From: a virus
Direction: 5' to 3' (one strand)
IMG/VR virus record: IMGVR_UViG_3300017748_000002
Span: 32,001-96,000 of that record
DNA: 64,000 nt
The position numbers and the translations under genes are program-made. The notes below the pieces were generated by a model. That model did no database searches. It had not been told where the DNA came from and was given only the letters and a program-made list of their open reading frames with translations. This document shows, piece after piece, positions 1 to 8,507 of this stretch. Every line of letters starts with the position of its first letter. Within the stretch, counting starts at the first letter, position 1.

Positions 1-1253
1 AGAGTAAAGTCTTGCCCTTGCCCAGCGTTAGTGGCAAAGCGCGCAACAGTTGCTGCATCTTCTGGAGATGCTCCAGCATCTAACTGTGCCTGCTGAACTT
101 TATTAAATGTAACAGACTCATCTTCTCTTTTCTTTTGAGCCTCGGCCAGATCTTTATACATTTCAGTAGTTTTAAACCACTCACCGACTGCATAACCTAT
201 CGTTGCAATGCCAATAATAGCTCCAAGCGGTCCAGCAAACCTAAGCATGCCTCCAGCAATTTTTAATAACGTACCACCACGTGATGCTGCTGCACCTGCT
301 CCAGCCGCACCTGCTGTTCCGACTCCAGCAGATGCGGTAATTGCGGTACCCAATAATCCTAATCCTCTTAAAACAGCTGGAACTTTACCCCAGAGAAGTG
401 TTAAAGCCTTAATCCCAAGTCCTAGTGTTTTCTTTCCTAAGAATCCCATAGCTCCAAGAGTAGCACCCGGAGCTAGAACTAATCCTAATCCAGCAATCAA
501 ACCTAAAGTCTTAAATACTTTGTTCTCACCTTCGCCTATTCCAAAAAATTCAGCAATTCGCCCATTGAGTAGATCGTTAATTCCGTCTAAACCACCTTTA
601 AGAGTTTCACGAAGGAAAGTGCCGATGCTCAGCATAACACCTTTAAGGTCATCTAAGTTTGCTATATCAGCACCAAGTAAATTACCAAATGATTTACCGA
701 GTTCTAATAACTGTGCCGCAACTTCATCATCAATTAAGAATCCAGCCGCGGCACCAATTAGAGCGAATTTTTTACCAAGAAGAGAACCAAGAGCACCACC
801 TTGAATTGCTCGAGTAACTTGGTTTTTCATCTCGGCAGAAGCTTCTGGACCAAGCAAAAATCCTGCAATCTCATCAGCAAAGATGCCAACTGCAAGAGCT
901 GGAATACCACGTTTAAGAAGAACACCGGCAAGAATTCCGGGAAGAGCCATTAGAGCAGCAGGTGTCAAGAAACTACCTATTTTACCAAGCATTCCTTGAA
1001 TATTACCTAAACCTTTTTCTGCGCCACCTTTAATAGCTCCACCAGCAGCACTTAATCCACCAGCAACTCGAGAAAATCTTCCGCCTTCTCTGTCTTTCTC
1101 AAGATCTTTCAACTTAGCCATTGAAGCAGCTTTAAGTTGAGATTCTAGAGTTTTAGACAATAGATTATTCGTCGAAAGAACAGACTTCTGAGTATCTCTC
1201 AGAATTTCATTCTGCGATAATAGAGTTTCATTTACTGCTTTTAAATTTGCCAT
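1..1253 (-). CDS. Tape-measure/baseplate-hub-like protein (gp29-like), runs off the left window edge
   Basis: Open frame from ATG at 1253 (MANLKAVNETLLSQNEILRDTQKSVLSTNNLL...), Gly/Ala/Leu-rich amphipathic and hydrophobic segments, directly downstream of gp26/gp51. Missing from the ORF track because it has no stop inside the window. Confidence 0.6.
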   Translation of the reverse strand, partial: MANLKAVNETLLSQNEILRDTQKSVLSTNNLLSKTLESQLKAASMAKLKDLEKDREGGRFSRVAGGLSAAGGAIKGGAEKGLGNIQGMLGKIGSFLTPAALMALPGILAGVLLKRGIPALAVGIFADEIAGFLLGPEASAEMKNQVTRAIQGGALGSLLGKKFALIGAAAGFLIDDEVAAQLLELGKSFGNLLGADIANLDDLKGVMLSIGTFLRETLKGGLDGINDLLNGRIAEFFGIGEGENKVFKTLGLIAGLGLVLAPGATLGAMGFLGKKTLGLGIKALTLLWGKVPAVLRGLGLLGTAITASAGVGTAGAAGAGAAASRGGTLLKIAGGMLRFAGPLGAIIGIATIGYAVGEWFKTTEMYKDLAEAQKKREDESVTFNKVQQAQLDAGASPEDAATVARFATNAGQGQDFT

Positions 1254-1433
1254 CTATTGCTGCTGCTGATTCTTCTCTTTCATATGCTGTATGAGCATAT
1301 AGATTATGATTTCCCTCTCCCACGGTATCATATTATCAAGTTCAGTTAACGAATATTGGTGCTCTTGAGCTAATAAAAAATTGGTTTGATAATAATTTTC
1401 TAGAGTATCATGAGAAAGGTTTATGAAAAAAAA
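1254..1433 (-). CDS. gp51: gp51-like short baseplate hub assembly domain, probably reached by -1 frameshift from gp26
   Basis: LENYYQTNFLLAQEHQYSLTELDNMIPWEREI matches the short gp51-like ORF of environmental T4-like phages. No convincing start codon of its own before the conserved part. Confidence 0.75.
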   Translation of the reverse strand, partial: FFFINLSHDTLENYYQTNFLLAQEHQYSLTELDNMIPWEREIIIYMLIQHMKEKNQQQQ

Positions 1434-2134
1434 TCTTGCAGTCCCTCCACTACTAATGTGTTTTCTTTTTCGCATTTTTCACAATTGAATTTCTTTTGGT
1501 ATTTCATCGATGGTACATTAGAAACAAAGTCTGCAATCTTTCCGTATTGTTCATCATTCAATGACGAAATAAAATCATCGATCTCTTCAATTGTTTCATC
1601 TTTTAATATAACATTTTCTTCCTCAGTCTGAATTGCTTCCATACAATTACGAAGTGTAGCAAGTAATTGTTCAGTCTGAGTACGTTTATCGTTTAATAGA
1701 ACTCTATCACCAATGATGTCAGTGTAAGTAGGATATTTCATTTTCAATGTATATGTGTCATTGAGCTCGATAGTCATATCTTTCTTTTCAACATCAATAT
1801 TGATTTCATTTAAATTGATAGTTAGCTTATTTTCATGACCACAGTTTGTACACTTCATGATAACATCGTTAGTTTCACCAACAGACTTTGATCGGATCTG
1901 TGTAAAGATATAATCAACATCGAATGTTGCTAATTTACCAACATCAATATTTTTAACACACGCTTGAATACAATTCAAAACTGCTTTTAAAATTTGTTTT
2001 ACGTCTTTTGATTCATATGAAATCATAAGGACTTTCTGTTCTTTTACTAAGAATGGCCTGAAGCCAACAGAGTGTCCAGTCGAAGGTACCGTCAATTCAT
2101 ACTCAGGTACATCATTTAGTCGCGGTAGTGCCAT
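1421..2134 (-). CDS. gp26: Baseplate hub assembly protein (T4 gp26-like)
   Basis: MALPRL..P.YELTVPSTG..V.FRPFLVKEQK, IRSKSVGE, two CxxC pairs, C-terminal EGLQDFF; GGAG RBS upstream. Confidence 0.9.
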   Translation of the reverse strand: MALPRLNDVPEYELTVPSTGHSVGFRPFLVKEQKVLMISYESKDVKQILKAVLNCIQACVKNIDVGKLATFDVDYIFTQIRSKSVGETNDVIMKCTNCGHENKLTINLNEINIDVEKKDMTIELNDTYTLKMKYPTYTDIIGDRVLLNDKRTQTEQLLATLRNCMEAIQTEEENVILKDETIEEIDDFISSLNDEQYGKIADFVSNVPSMKYQKKFNCEKCEKENTLVVEGLQDFFS

Positions 2135-2144
2135 AATTTACTCC

Positions 2145-2774
2145 TTAAAGGCCATATCCAAGAGAAAGCTGACCAGCTGGTACTCTTTCCCAAAATCTAT
2201 AAGACATCGTAACACTGAATGTTACAAATCCGTCTTGATCATTATTATAGTCAATTTGACTCAATGTTGTCGGAAATGCGTCAACTAGCGCACAAGAATA
2301 AGTTGAAATCTGCGGGTTCATTCCAAGTGGTAGAGATATACGACCAAATGGAATAGGGTTTGCTAATTGGTGAATGGTAACTCTCTTCTTATATTCAGTC
2401 GGATAATTGACAACGTTCTTGTCCTGATTTCCGGGAGAAGTATCATGCATTGTTGCAATCCAGCTTTCAAAATAATTACGAATCGGAAGTGTTGAAGTCT
2501 CCATGAATTGAAGAGTCACATCATCCATAGCATAACCATACATTACTTTTTGCTGTTCGATACCAACTCGACGTTCATGAGTCAACATTTGTTTGCCCGG
2601 AAGAGTTGCGTTTGTACAAAGAATATTTCGTTGTGCTGAACCAAGAGCACCTGTGATTGCTCCAAGTACTCCGGTGCCACCGCCAATTGATGGTAAACTA
2701 ACCATGAACTTGTTTGTACGAGCCAGTCCTAGTCCAGCAGTGATAGCTAATTTTAATGTGTCTACGCTGCTCAT
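2145..2774 (-). CDS. gp54: Baseplate tail-tube initiator (gp54-like, tail-tube fold)
   Basis: GLARTNKF, LC..ATLPG, YFESW, DAFPT, FSVTMSYR.W motifs of the gp19/gp54 family; position next to gp2. Confidence 0.7.
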   Translation of the reverse strand: MSSVDTLKLAITAGLGLARTNKFMVSLPSIGGGTGVLGAITGALGSAQRNILCTNATLPGKQMLTHERRVGIEQQKVMYGYAMDDVTLQFMETSTLPIRNYFESWIATMHDTSPGNQDKNVVNYPTEYKKRVTIHQLANPIPFGRISLPLGMNPQISTYSCALVDAFPTTLSQIDYNNDQDGFVTFSVTMSYRFWERVPAGQLSLGYGL

Positions 2775-3340
2775 CCTCTTAACTTCTTCCTCGAATCTCT
2801 ATAAACTGAATTAGCTCTTGCTTTATTCCAATCTGCCATTGGAAGGAATGTAGCGATTTCCCATTCAGGTTTGTCAACTAGAGCAAATCTGCTTTTGACA
2901 TGTTTGAACAAATAATGCTTCATTGCTGGTGCAATATATTTCTGTGGAATTTTTGCGTTATCATTTCCTAGTATTACGTCAAGAAGTTTGGCTCTGAGAG
3001 TTGGTGGCAAATAATGTAGATTCAATCCATAGAATCCACCTTTTGCCGGGCCCATCATAATGATCAGAGGAAATCCATCATAATATGGTAGAGTGTCTTT
3101 ATGCTTTGGATCATAGAAGTACATGTACATATTTCCAAGCAATCCAGTTTTAGTTATCGGTTTATTCCTAAGATCTAATGCATCGTCTTGCATAATCTTA
3201 TTGCGGTTACCGACGGTTCTGCCTCGGAACATTTCGCGTGCTTTGTTCCGAAACCACTCAATAGATTGCTTTGTCCGGGGTGTAATACCAGCGCGGAACG
3301 CTTCAATCTCGAGTTCTCTAAATAAACTTTCTCCTGCCAT
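2771..3340 (-). CDS. gp2: DNA end protector protein
   Basis: MY.YFYDPKHKDTLPYYD.FPL, GLNLHYLPP.LR, EWEIATFLP motifs. Confidence 0.92.
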   Translation of the reverse strand: MAGESLFRELEIEAFRAGITPRTKQSIEWFRNKAREMFRGRTVGNRNKIMQDDALDLRNKPITKTGLLGNMYMYFYDPKHKDTLPYYDGFPLIIMMGPAKGGFYGLNLHYLPPTLRAKLLDVILGNDNAKIPQKYIAPAMKHYLFKHVKSRFALVDKPEWEIATFLPMADWNKARANSVYRDSRKKLRG

Positions 3341-3345
3341 ACGTG

Positions 3346-3353
3346 TATTTATA
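3346..3353 (-). promoter_or_regulatory. T4-type late promoter TATAAATA
   Basis: Exact TATAAATA on the minus strand, 5 nt upstream of the gp2 ATG. Confidence 0.7.
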
Positions 3354-3354
3354 A

Positions 3355-3852
3355 CTATTTCTTGCGTCTTTTATAAGGCTTCAACGGCTTTAATTTACCG
3401 GGAACTTTCTTCAAGGGTTTAGACATAATCCCCATTGACGTTAATGTTTCTTCGGTCCAGATTTGAAACTCCCATTTACGATCTTTACAAAACGATTGAG
3501 CAGCTTCCCACTTATTCATATTCTTTACATAAGTGACTGCCTCATTTATGTATTGCCTTTGGTTTTTTCCGGTTTTCTTGGGCGGGGCTGTTTCTTTTGC
3601 TGGCTTGATTTCGACGAGGACTGTTTTGTTTTCAAAGACAATCTTGATATCGGGGAAATAGCGGTGATACTTTTTATCGACGTCATAGTAGTATGGAATC
3701 ACAATCTCTTCGGATGACCACTTCTTTACTTTTGGATTTCTGTCGAGCCATTTAAATGTGTCTCTTTCCCACAACGATCTATATACTACGTTGTTTGGAT
3801 CACCAGCGTACTTCTTTTTATTCTCTACAGTGTATCTTCCAGAATAGGCCAT
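3355..3852 (-). CDS. gp4: Head completion nuclease (TnsA-like PD-(D/E)xK)
   Basis: MAYSGRY...KY.GDP.NVVYRSLWER, WSSEEIVIPY, HRYFPD, VEIKP..ET, N.NKWEAA. Confidence 0.93.
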   Translation of the reverse strand: MAYSGRYTVENKKKYAGDPNNVVYRSLWERDTFKWLDRNPKVKKWSSEEIVIPYYYDVDKKYHRYFPDIKIVFENKTVLVEIKPAKETAPPKKTGKNQRQYINEAVTYVKNMNKWEAAQSFCKDRKWEFQIWTEETLTSMGIMSKPLKKVPGKLKPLKPYKRRKK

Positions 3853-3859
3853 TTTACGT

Positions 3860-3867
3860 TATAAATA
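3860..3867 (+). promoter_or_regulatory. T4-type late promoter TATAAATA
   Basis: Exact motif in the gp4/gp48 divergent intergenic region. Confidence 0.75.
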
Positions 3868-3904
3868 CTCATGAGTTATTTGTATATCTATAGGAAAAGA
3901 ACGA

Positions 3905-4957
3905 ATGTCTTATACACTAATGGACGAGAGCTGGGCTAACCAAGGCGATCAAAGAGTCACTGGTCCCTATCAGTATCCGCTTGAAAGAAACCAGCTCCTT
4001 ACACGAATCTCATTTCAAGCAATGAAAATACTACCACCCGAGTTTAGCGTTAATTATAATGCTAGTGAGACATATACAGCCGGACCGCCAAATCAAATAA
4101 GAACTAAAGAATCTGGAAATATTACTTCAACTGGGTTAAAAATGCGGTCTATCCCTGGTGAAAAAGCGCTTATTCATGTTCCTATTAGTTTTCAAGTAAA
4201 TGATGGATTCAACTATAGTGGTGCAGAACTTGGAGCGTTTGGTGGTGCTATTACAAATGTTCTAAATCAAGGTGGATCAGTTGGTCAGGCTGCGATGGAA
4301 GGTTTAAAAGAAACCGGCCAAAGTTTTCTTTCGCTATTAAGCGCATTCGGTGGGTCTGAACAAGAACTTGGTAGACTCGGTATTGCTCGATTAGCAAGAG
4401 GTTTACCCGTTGGATCTCAGGCTGTACAGGTTGGTGCTAGAGTTTCAGTAAATCCAAATGCACGTACCGCATTTCAGAATGTTAACATCCGTGAATTTAA
4501 CTTTGCTTTCAAGTTTCTTCCAACAAGTTTTGAAGAGTCTAAACAAGTCAAAGCAATTATTAATTTCTTCAGGTGGCATTCGTATCCTGAGTTAATTGGT
4601 GATCCTAACTTTGCGGTTGGTTATGAATACCCAAATATGTTTAGAATTAAACTGCAATACACCGGTGATGGAAGTCCAAAAAATATTGGCACTCCTATTA
4701 AGCTGTGTTATTGTAAGTCAATTAGTACTACATATAATCCAACATCTACAACTGTATTCTCCGATGGTTCACCAACAGAGATTGATATGAACGTTACATT
4801 TGCAGAATACAAAGCACAGTCAAGAAACGATGTCTTTTTGCAAGACAATGTTTCGTATTACGATTTTGAAGGTGTGGCTGATGAGAATGAAGTACTTGCT
4901 CCACCAGCTGAAGGACCTCGACAGCGTACTGCTGCTGATACACCGGAGGGATTATAA
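3905..4957 (+). CDS. gp48: Baseplate tail tube cap
   Basis: VNPN...FQNVNIREFNFAFKFLP.S.EE...V..II.FFR...YPE, YP.MF.I, DGSPTEIDM.VTF.E. Confidence 0.88.
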   Translation: MSYTLMDESWANQGDQRVTGPYQYPLERNQLLTRISFQAMKILPPEFSVNYNASETYTAGPPNQIRTKESGNITSTGLKMRSIPGEKALIHVPISFQVNDGFNYSGAELGAFGGAITNVLNQGGSVGQAAMEGLKETGQSFLSLLSAFGGSEQELGRLGIARLARGLPVGSQAVQVGARVSVNPNARTAFQNVNIREFNFAFKFLPTSFEESKQVKAIINFFRWHSYPELIGDPNFAVGYEYPNMFRIKLQYTGDGSPKNIGTPIKLCYCKSISTTYNPTSTTVFSDGSPTEIDMNVTFAEYKAQSRNDVFLQDNVSYYDFEGVADENEVLAPPAEGPRQRTAADTPEGL

Positions 4958-5688
4958 TGTCTAATTTCTTTAAGTCTTTTCCAATTATTGATTATAAGTT
5001 TGGTGAAAACGAAGCTACAGACAAGTTTGAAAATATATCTGTGTATGCCAACATTGTTGATCAAGTAATGAACAACGTTGCTGCTTATACTGAATATTAC
5101 GCTCTTCCAGAAGATAGGCCAGATACAGTATCTGAAAAATTATATGGAACTCCAAATTATCATTGGACTTTTTATTTAACGAATGAAGATGTTCGCTCAA
5201 CTGGTTGGCCATTGTCGCCTCGTCAATTGTTCAATCAAATTACTCAATTATATCCTAGGCGTGTGATTACAACTCGAACTAAATTAACAGACAAGTTTAA
5301 AGTAGGTCAAACAATTACTGGTAGCACTTCGGCAGCGACTGCAACAATTGCACAAAGAAATCTTAATTTTGGTCAATTATTTCTCGAGGACGTGAGTGGT
5401 TCATTTCTTGTTGGTGAGAATATTAATAGTGTAAATACCGATAATGTTACTGAAACAATTGTAGCAACCAGCTTTGAGTTTCAGTATAATACTGCTCATC
5501 ATTACGAAAACGCTGAAGGCCATATTGTTGATATAGATCCTGAAGTTGGACCGGGAGCTCTTTTAACTGAAGTAACTTGGTATCAGCGTTTAGAAAGACT
5601 GAATGACGCGAAAAGGCAAATGAAAGTTATTAAACCATCAATCATTCGTGAAGTCGCTAGATCGTTTAGAGATACTGTTGGAACATAA
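4957..5688 (+). CDS. gp53: Baseplate wedge subunit
   Basis: FF..FP.IDY, DRPD.VS.KLYG.P.YHW.F.L.N, WPLS, HHYEN, ND.KR..KVIKP. Confidence 0.88.
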   Translation: MSNFFKSFPIIDYKFGENEATDKFENISVYANIVDQVMNNVAAYTEYYALPEDRPDTVSEKLYGTPNYHWTFYLTNEDVRSTGWPLSPRQLFNQITQLYPRRVITTRTKLTDKFKVGQTITGSTSAATATIAQRNLNFGQLFLEDVSGSFLVGENINSVNTDNVTETIVATSFEFQYNTAHHYENAEGHIVDIDPEVGPGALLTEVTWYQRLERLNDAKRQMKVIKPSIIREVARSFRDTVGT

Positions 5689-7043
5689 TGCCTCCTATTG
5701 AAAGAACAAAATCATCGTTTGAACTCGACCAGGTGTTGCTTGAATCTGAGCGACTGCCAAAATCTGTTGACCTGAAAAGAGTCGTTACTGATTTAGATAT
5801 ATTTGAACACCTTGATAAACCATATCTTACTGCAGAAATGTCTATAGCCGATCAGACAAATCTTTACGAAACTGCTGGTATAATTGGCGGTGAAAGAATT
5901 ACAATTACTATTACGTCGGCCAAAGATGATGTTTCTGTACCAATCACCAATCATTTTTACGTTACTAAAGCAAAAGTAATTTATGCTAATGATGATTCAC
6001 AACTTGTAATCTTTAGTCTTATTGAAGACATTGCTTTCATATCAAACTTATATAACGTCAATCGACATTATTCTGGTAAGTGCGGAAACATTATTGAAAA
6101 AATAGCAAAGCAATATTTCAAAGAACAACTGAGCTCAGACGAACCACTTAGCCAACTAAAAAATGAAAATCAAAATTTACACTTGATTGTTCCAAATATG
6201 GATCCATTAGAAGCTATGCAATGGGTGCGAAATAGAGCAACAACAGTTGAAGGATTTCCGTTCTATCTGCATTCGTCTTTGACAAAGGATAGTTTGTTTT
6301 TTAGAGATCTTGGTACACTCTTAACTCAACCAGTGATTAATCCAATTGAACGCTTTAGAATTGACAAAGCTTCTCTTGATTCTCCAAGTAATAAAATGAT
6401 TATTAATCATAAATTTGAGTCATTTCAAAATATTGTAACCATGATTGCAAAAGGCTTAATTGGATCTAGTTATCGTTATATCGACACTACACAAGAAACC
6501 AGTCGGACTTTTTCTTTTGATGTGAGAAGAGATCTATACGATGTGCTGATTGAAAAAGGATTTATGGCTGGCCAAGAAAATCCAGAGTTCTCGACATTAT
6601 ACAAAGTTAATGAAAAATCATTTAACGAATATAGAAGTAGAGACATCACACGAATTGGTGGATCTAACTCTCAACGTAATTTCTTTTGGAATGATGACCA
6701 AGAACACACATGGGACAATGGCTATTCAGAATCAAAAACTGCAGCTGGTTACAAACAGGTTGTAATTTCATGTGTAATGGATGACATCATCAAGAGAGCT
6801 CCTTTTACTATGATTGTTGATGGAATCAACTTTATTGACGGTGATAAACATTCAACAATTGGAAATAATATTGCTGTTGAATTTCCAAAGGCAACTGCTG
6901 ACAGAGATACAGGATCAAATCAAATAGATACAAGAAGGTCAGGCAATTATTTGATTTTTGCTTGTCGGCATATGTTTAAGAAAGAAAAATATGAAGTGTC
7001 TCTTTCATGCGTAAAGATGGGAGATTTGAGACAGAATGACTAG
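5688..7043 (+). CDS. Baseplate hub protein (gp27-like)
   Basis: Position between gp53 and gp5; LDIFEHLDKPYLTA, GGERITI, IVPNM.P, SGNYLI...RH.F motifs typical of hub proteins. Confidence 0.65.
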   Translation: MPPIERTKSSFELDQVLLESERLPKSVDLKRVVTDLDIFEHLDKPYLTAEMSIADQTNLYETAGIIGGERITITITSAKDDVSVPITNHFYVTKAKVIYANDDSQLVIFSLIEDIAFISNLYNVNRHYSGKCGNIIEKIAKQYFKEQLSSDEPLSQLKNENQNLHLIVPNMDPLEAMQWVRNRATTVEGFPFYLHSSLTKDSLFFRDLGTLLTQPVINPIERFRIDKASLDSPSNKMIINHKFESFQNIVTMIAKGLIGSSYRYIDTTQETSRTFSFDVRRDLYDVLIEKGFMAGQENPEFSTLYKVNEKSFNEYRSRDITRIGGSNSQRNFFWNDDQEHTWDNGYSESKTAAGYKQVVISCVMDDIIKRAPFTMIVDGINFIDGDKHSTIGNNIAVEFPKATADRDTGSNQIDTRRSGNYLIFACRHMFKKEKYEVSLSCVKMGDLRQND

Positions 7044-8040
7044 TTTATACAAACAATTTTATGGTGACGGAACAAGATGGTTTATAGGTGAAGTGACATC
7101 TATTAAAGATCCTCTTCAACTCGGTCGAGTGAGAGTTCAGATTGAAGGTATTCATCACGACAATAGTAATCTAATACCGCGGCACAGGTTACCTTGGGCG
7201 CAATGTTTAGTGCCTATCACTGAAGGTGGTACGAATGGATATGGAAATAATCTAGGAATTCAAGTTGGTGCTAGAGTTTTCGGTGTTTTCCTTGATGGCA
7301 CAGATTCTCAATTACCGTTAGTTATGGGTACGTTGCCTAAATTTGAAAATACTACAAATGCTGATGGTACAATCAATCTTGCAAGAAACAATAGTGACGT
7401 ACAGAATAAATCAACAAATGTTTTAGCAACTGGAACAAATACATTAGTTGCTCGAAAAGTTTCAAACCAGACTGATCCAGTAAAAATTGCAAAAGATGCA
7501 AATTCTCGTGGAGGTGAAGAGCCGTTTGACGAACCGGATTCTCCATACAACACAATATATCCAATGAACTACGTCCATGAAACTCCTCGTGGAAATGTAA
7601 TTGAAATTGATGATTCTCATGATAGCGATGGTGATGGTAATATTACCGACTATTCACGTATTCACATTTATCATCGTTCAGGTTCCTTTGTTGAAATGCA
7701 CCCGAATGGAGATGTGGTCACTCACCACAAGAACGGATTCAAAGCAGTACATGGTAATGACAAGGTTTATATTACCGGTGATTTAGATATTACAGTCAAC
7801 GGTAACATGAATGTTAATGTCAAAGGAAATCTTACAGAAAATATTACTGGTAGCATGGATACAAATGTAACAAAAGATATTACTACTGACGGCAAAACTA
7901 TTAACTTGAATAATGGAAGTAAAGAAACAGATGGTGCTGCACGATTAAATGATACAACTGTTGATAATGATACTGAAATCAATGGAAATGACGCTGGTGT
8001 AATTACAAGCAGTTCTCAGACAGTATTCATTGGAGACTAG
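7036..8040 (+). CDS. gp5: Baseplate central spike (gp5-like, OB-fold plus beta-helix, no lysozyme domain)
   Basis: WFIGEV..IKDPLQLGRVRV, LPWAQ, VFGVFLDG..SQLP.VMG, YP.N.V.ET..G.VIE.DD, RIHIYHRSGSFVEMHPNG, then V.G beta-helix repeats. Confidence 0.9.
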   Translation: MTSLYKQFYGDGTRWFIGEVTSIKDPLQLGRVRVQIEGIHHDNSNLIPRHRLPWAQCLVPITEGGTNGYGNNLGIQVGARVFGVFLDGTDSQLPLVMGTLPKFENTTNADGTINLARNNSDVQNKSTNVLATGTNTLVARKVSNQTDPVKIAKDANSRGGEEPFDEPDSPYNTIYPMNYVHETPRGNVIEIDDSHDSDGDGNITDYSRIHIYHRSGSFVEMHPNGDVVTHHKNGFKAVHGNDKVYITGDLDITVNGNMNVNVKGNLTENITGSMDTNVTKDITTDGKTINLNNGSKETDGAARLNDTTVDNDTEINGNDAGVITSSSQTVFIGD

Positions 8041-8048
8041 TATAAATA
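8041..8048 (+). promoter_or_regulatory. T4-type late promoter TATAAATA
   Basis: Exact motif between gp5 and gp25. Confidence 0.75.
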
Positions 8049-8066
8049 GGTTCAAAGGAATTATAA

Positions 8067-8507
8067 ATGGCACGTCAATTTGCAGTAGAAGATGGTAATT
8101 TACAAACACGCTCTATAGTAACGTCTCGTACAGTTAATTATAAAGATGTTGACTTGACGTTTTCCAAAAAAGCGAATAACGATATCTTCAAAAAAGAAGA
8201 TGCCGCAGCTGTAAAACAAGCAGTAAAAAATATATTAATGACGAATCCTGGTGAAAAACCATTTCGTCCTTTTTACGGCGCTGGTCTAAATCGATTTCTT
8301 TTTGAATTAAGCGAAGGCTTAGAAGAAGACGAAATACAAGATGCTGTGGCTGAAGCTATTAGTAGAGACGAACCAAGAGCTGCGTTGCTCGGAGTTAAAT
8401 CTACTGTTGATGCAGACAATAATTCTATTAGAGTTCGTGTAGCATTTAGAGTACTGAACACTAGCGCAGTCGAAGAAATTTCAATTGATCTCACGAGGTT
8501 AAGATAA
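8067..8507 (+). CDS. gp25: Baseplate wedge subunit / sheath initiator
   Basis: YKDVDLTF, AVKQAVKNILMTNPGEKPFRP.YG..L...LFE, EPRA, L.RLR end. Confidence 0.93.
   Translation: MARQFAVEDGNLQTRSIVTSRTVNYKDVDLTFSKKANNDIFKKEDAAAVKQAVKNILMTNPGEKPFRPFYGAGLNRFLFELSEGLEEDEIQDAVAEAISRDEPRAALLGVKSTVDADNNSIRVRVAFRVLNTSAVEEISIDLTRLR

Noticed and set aside
208-804. 198-aa Pro/Ala-rich plus-strand ORF
   Set aside because: Antisense shadow of the Gly/Ala-rich tape-measure-like gene on the minus strand; no recognisable motifs.
1434-1475. Track start of the 73-aa gp51 ORF (MRKRKHISSGG...)
   Set aside because: It lies inside the gp26 zinc-finger coding region with no clear RBS; the frameshift explanation fits better.
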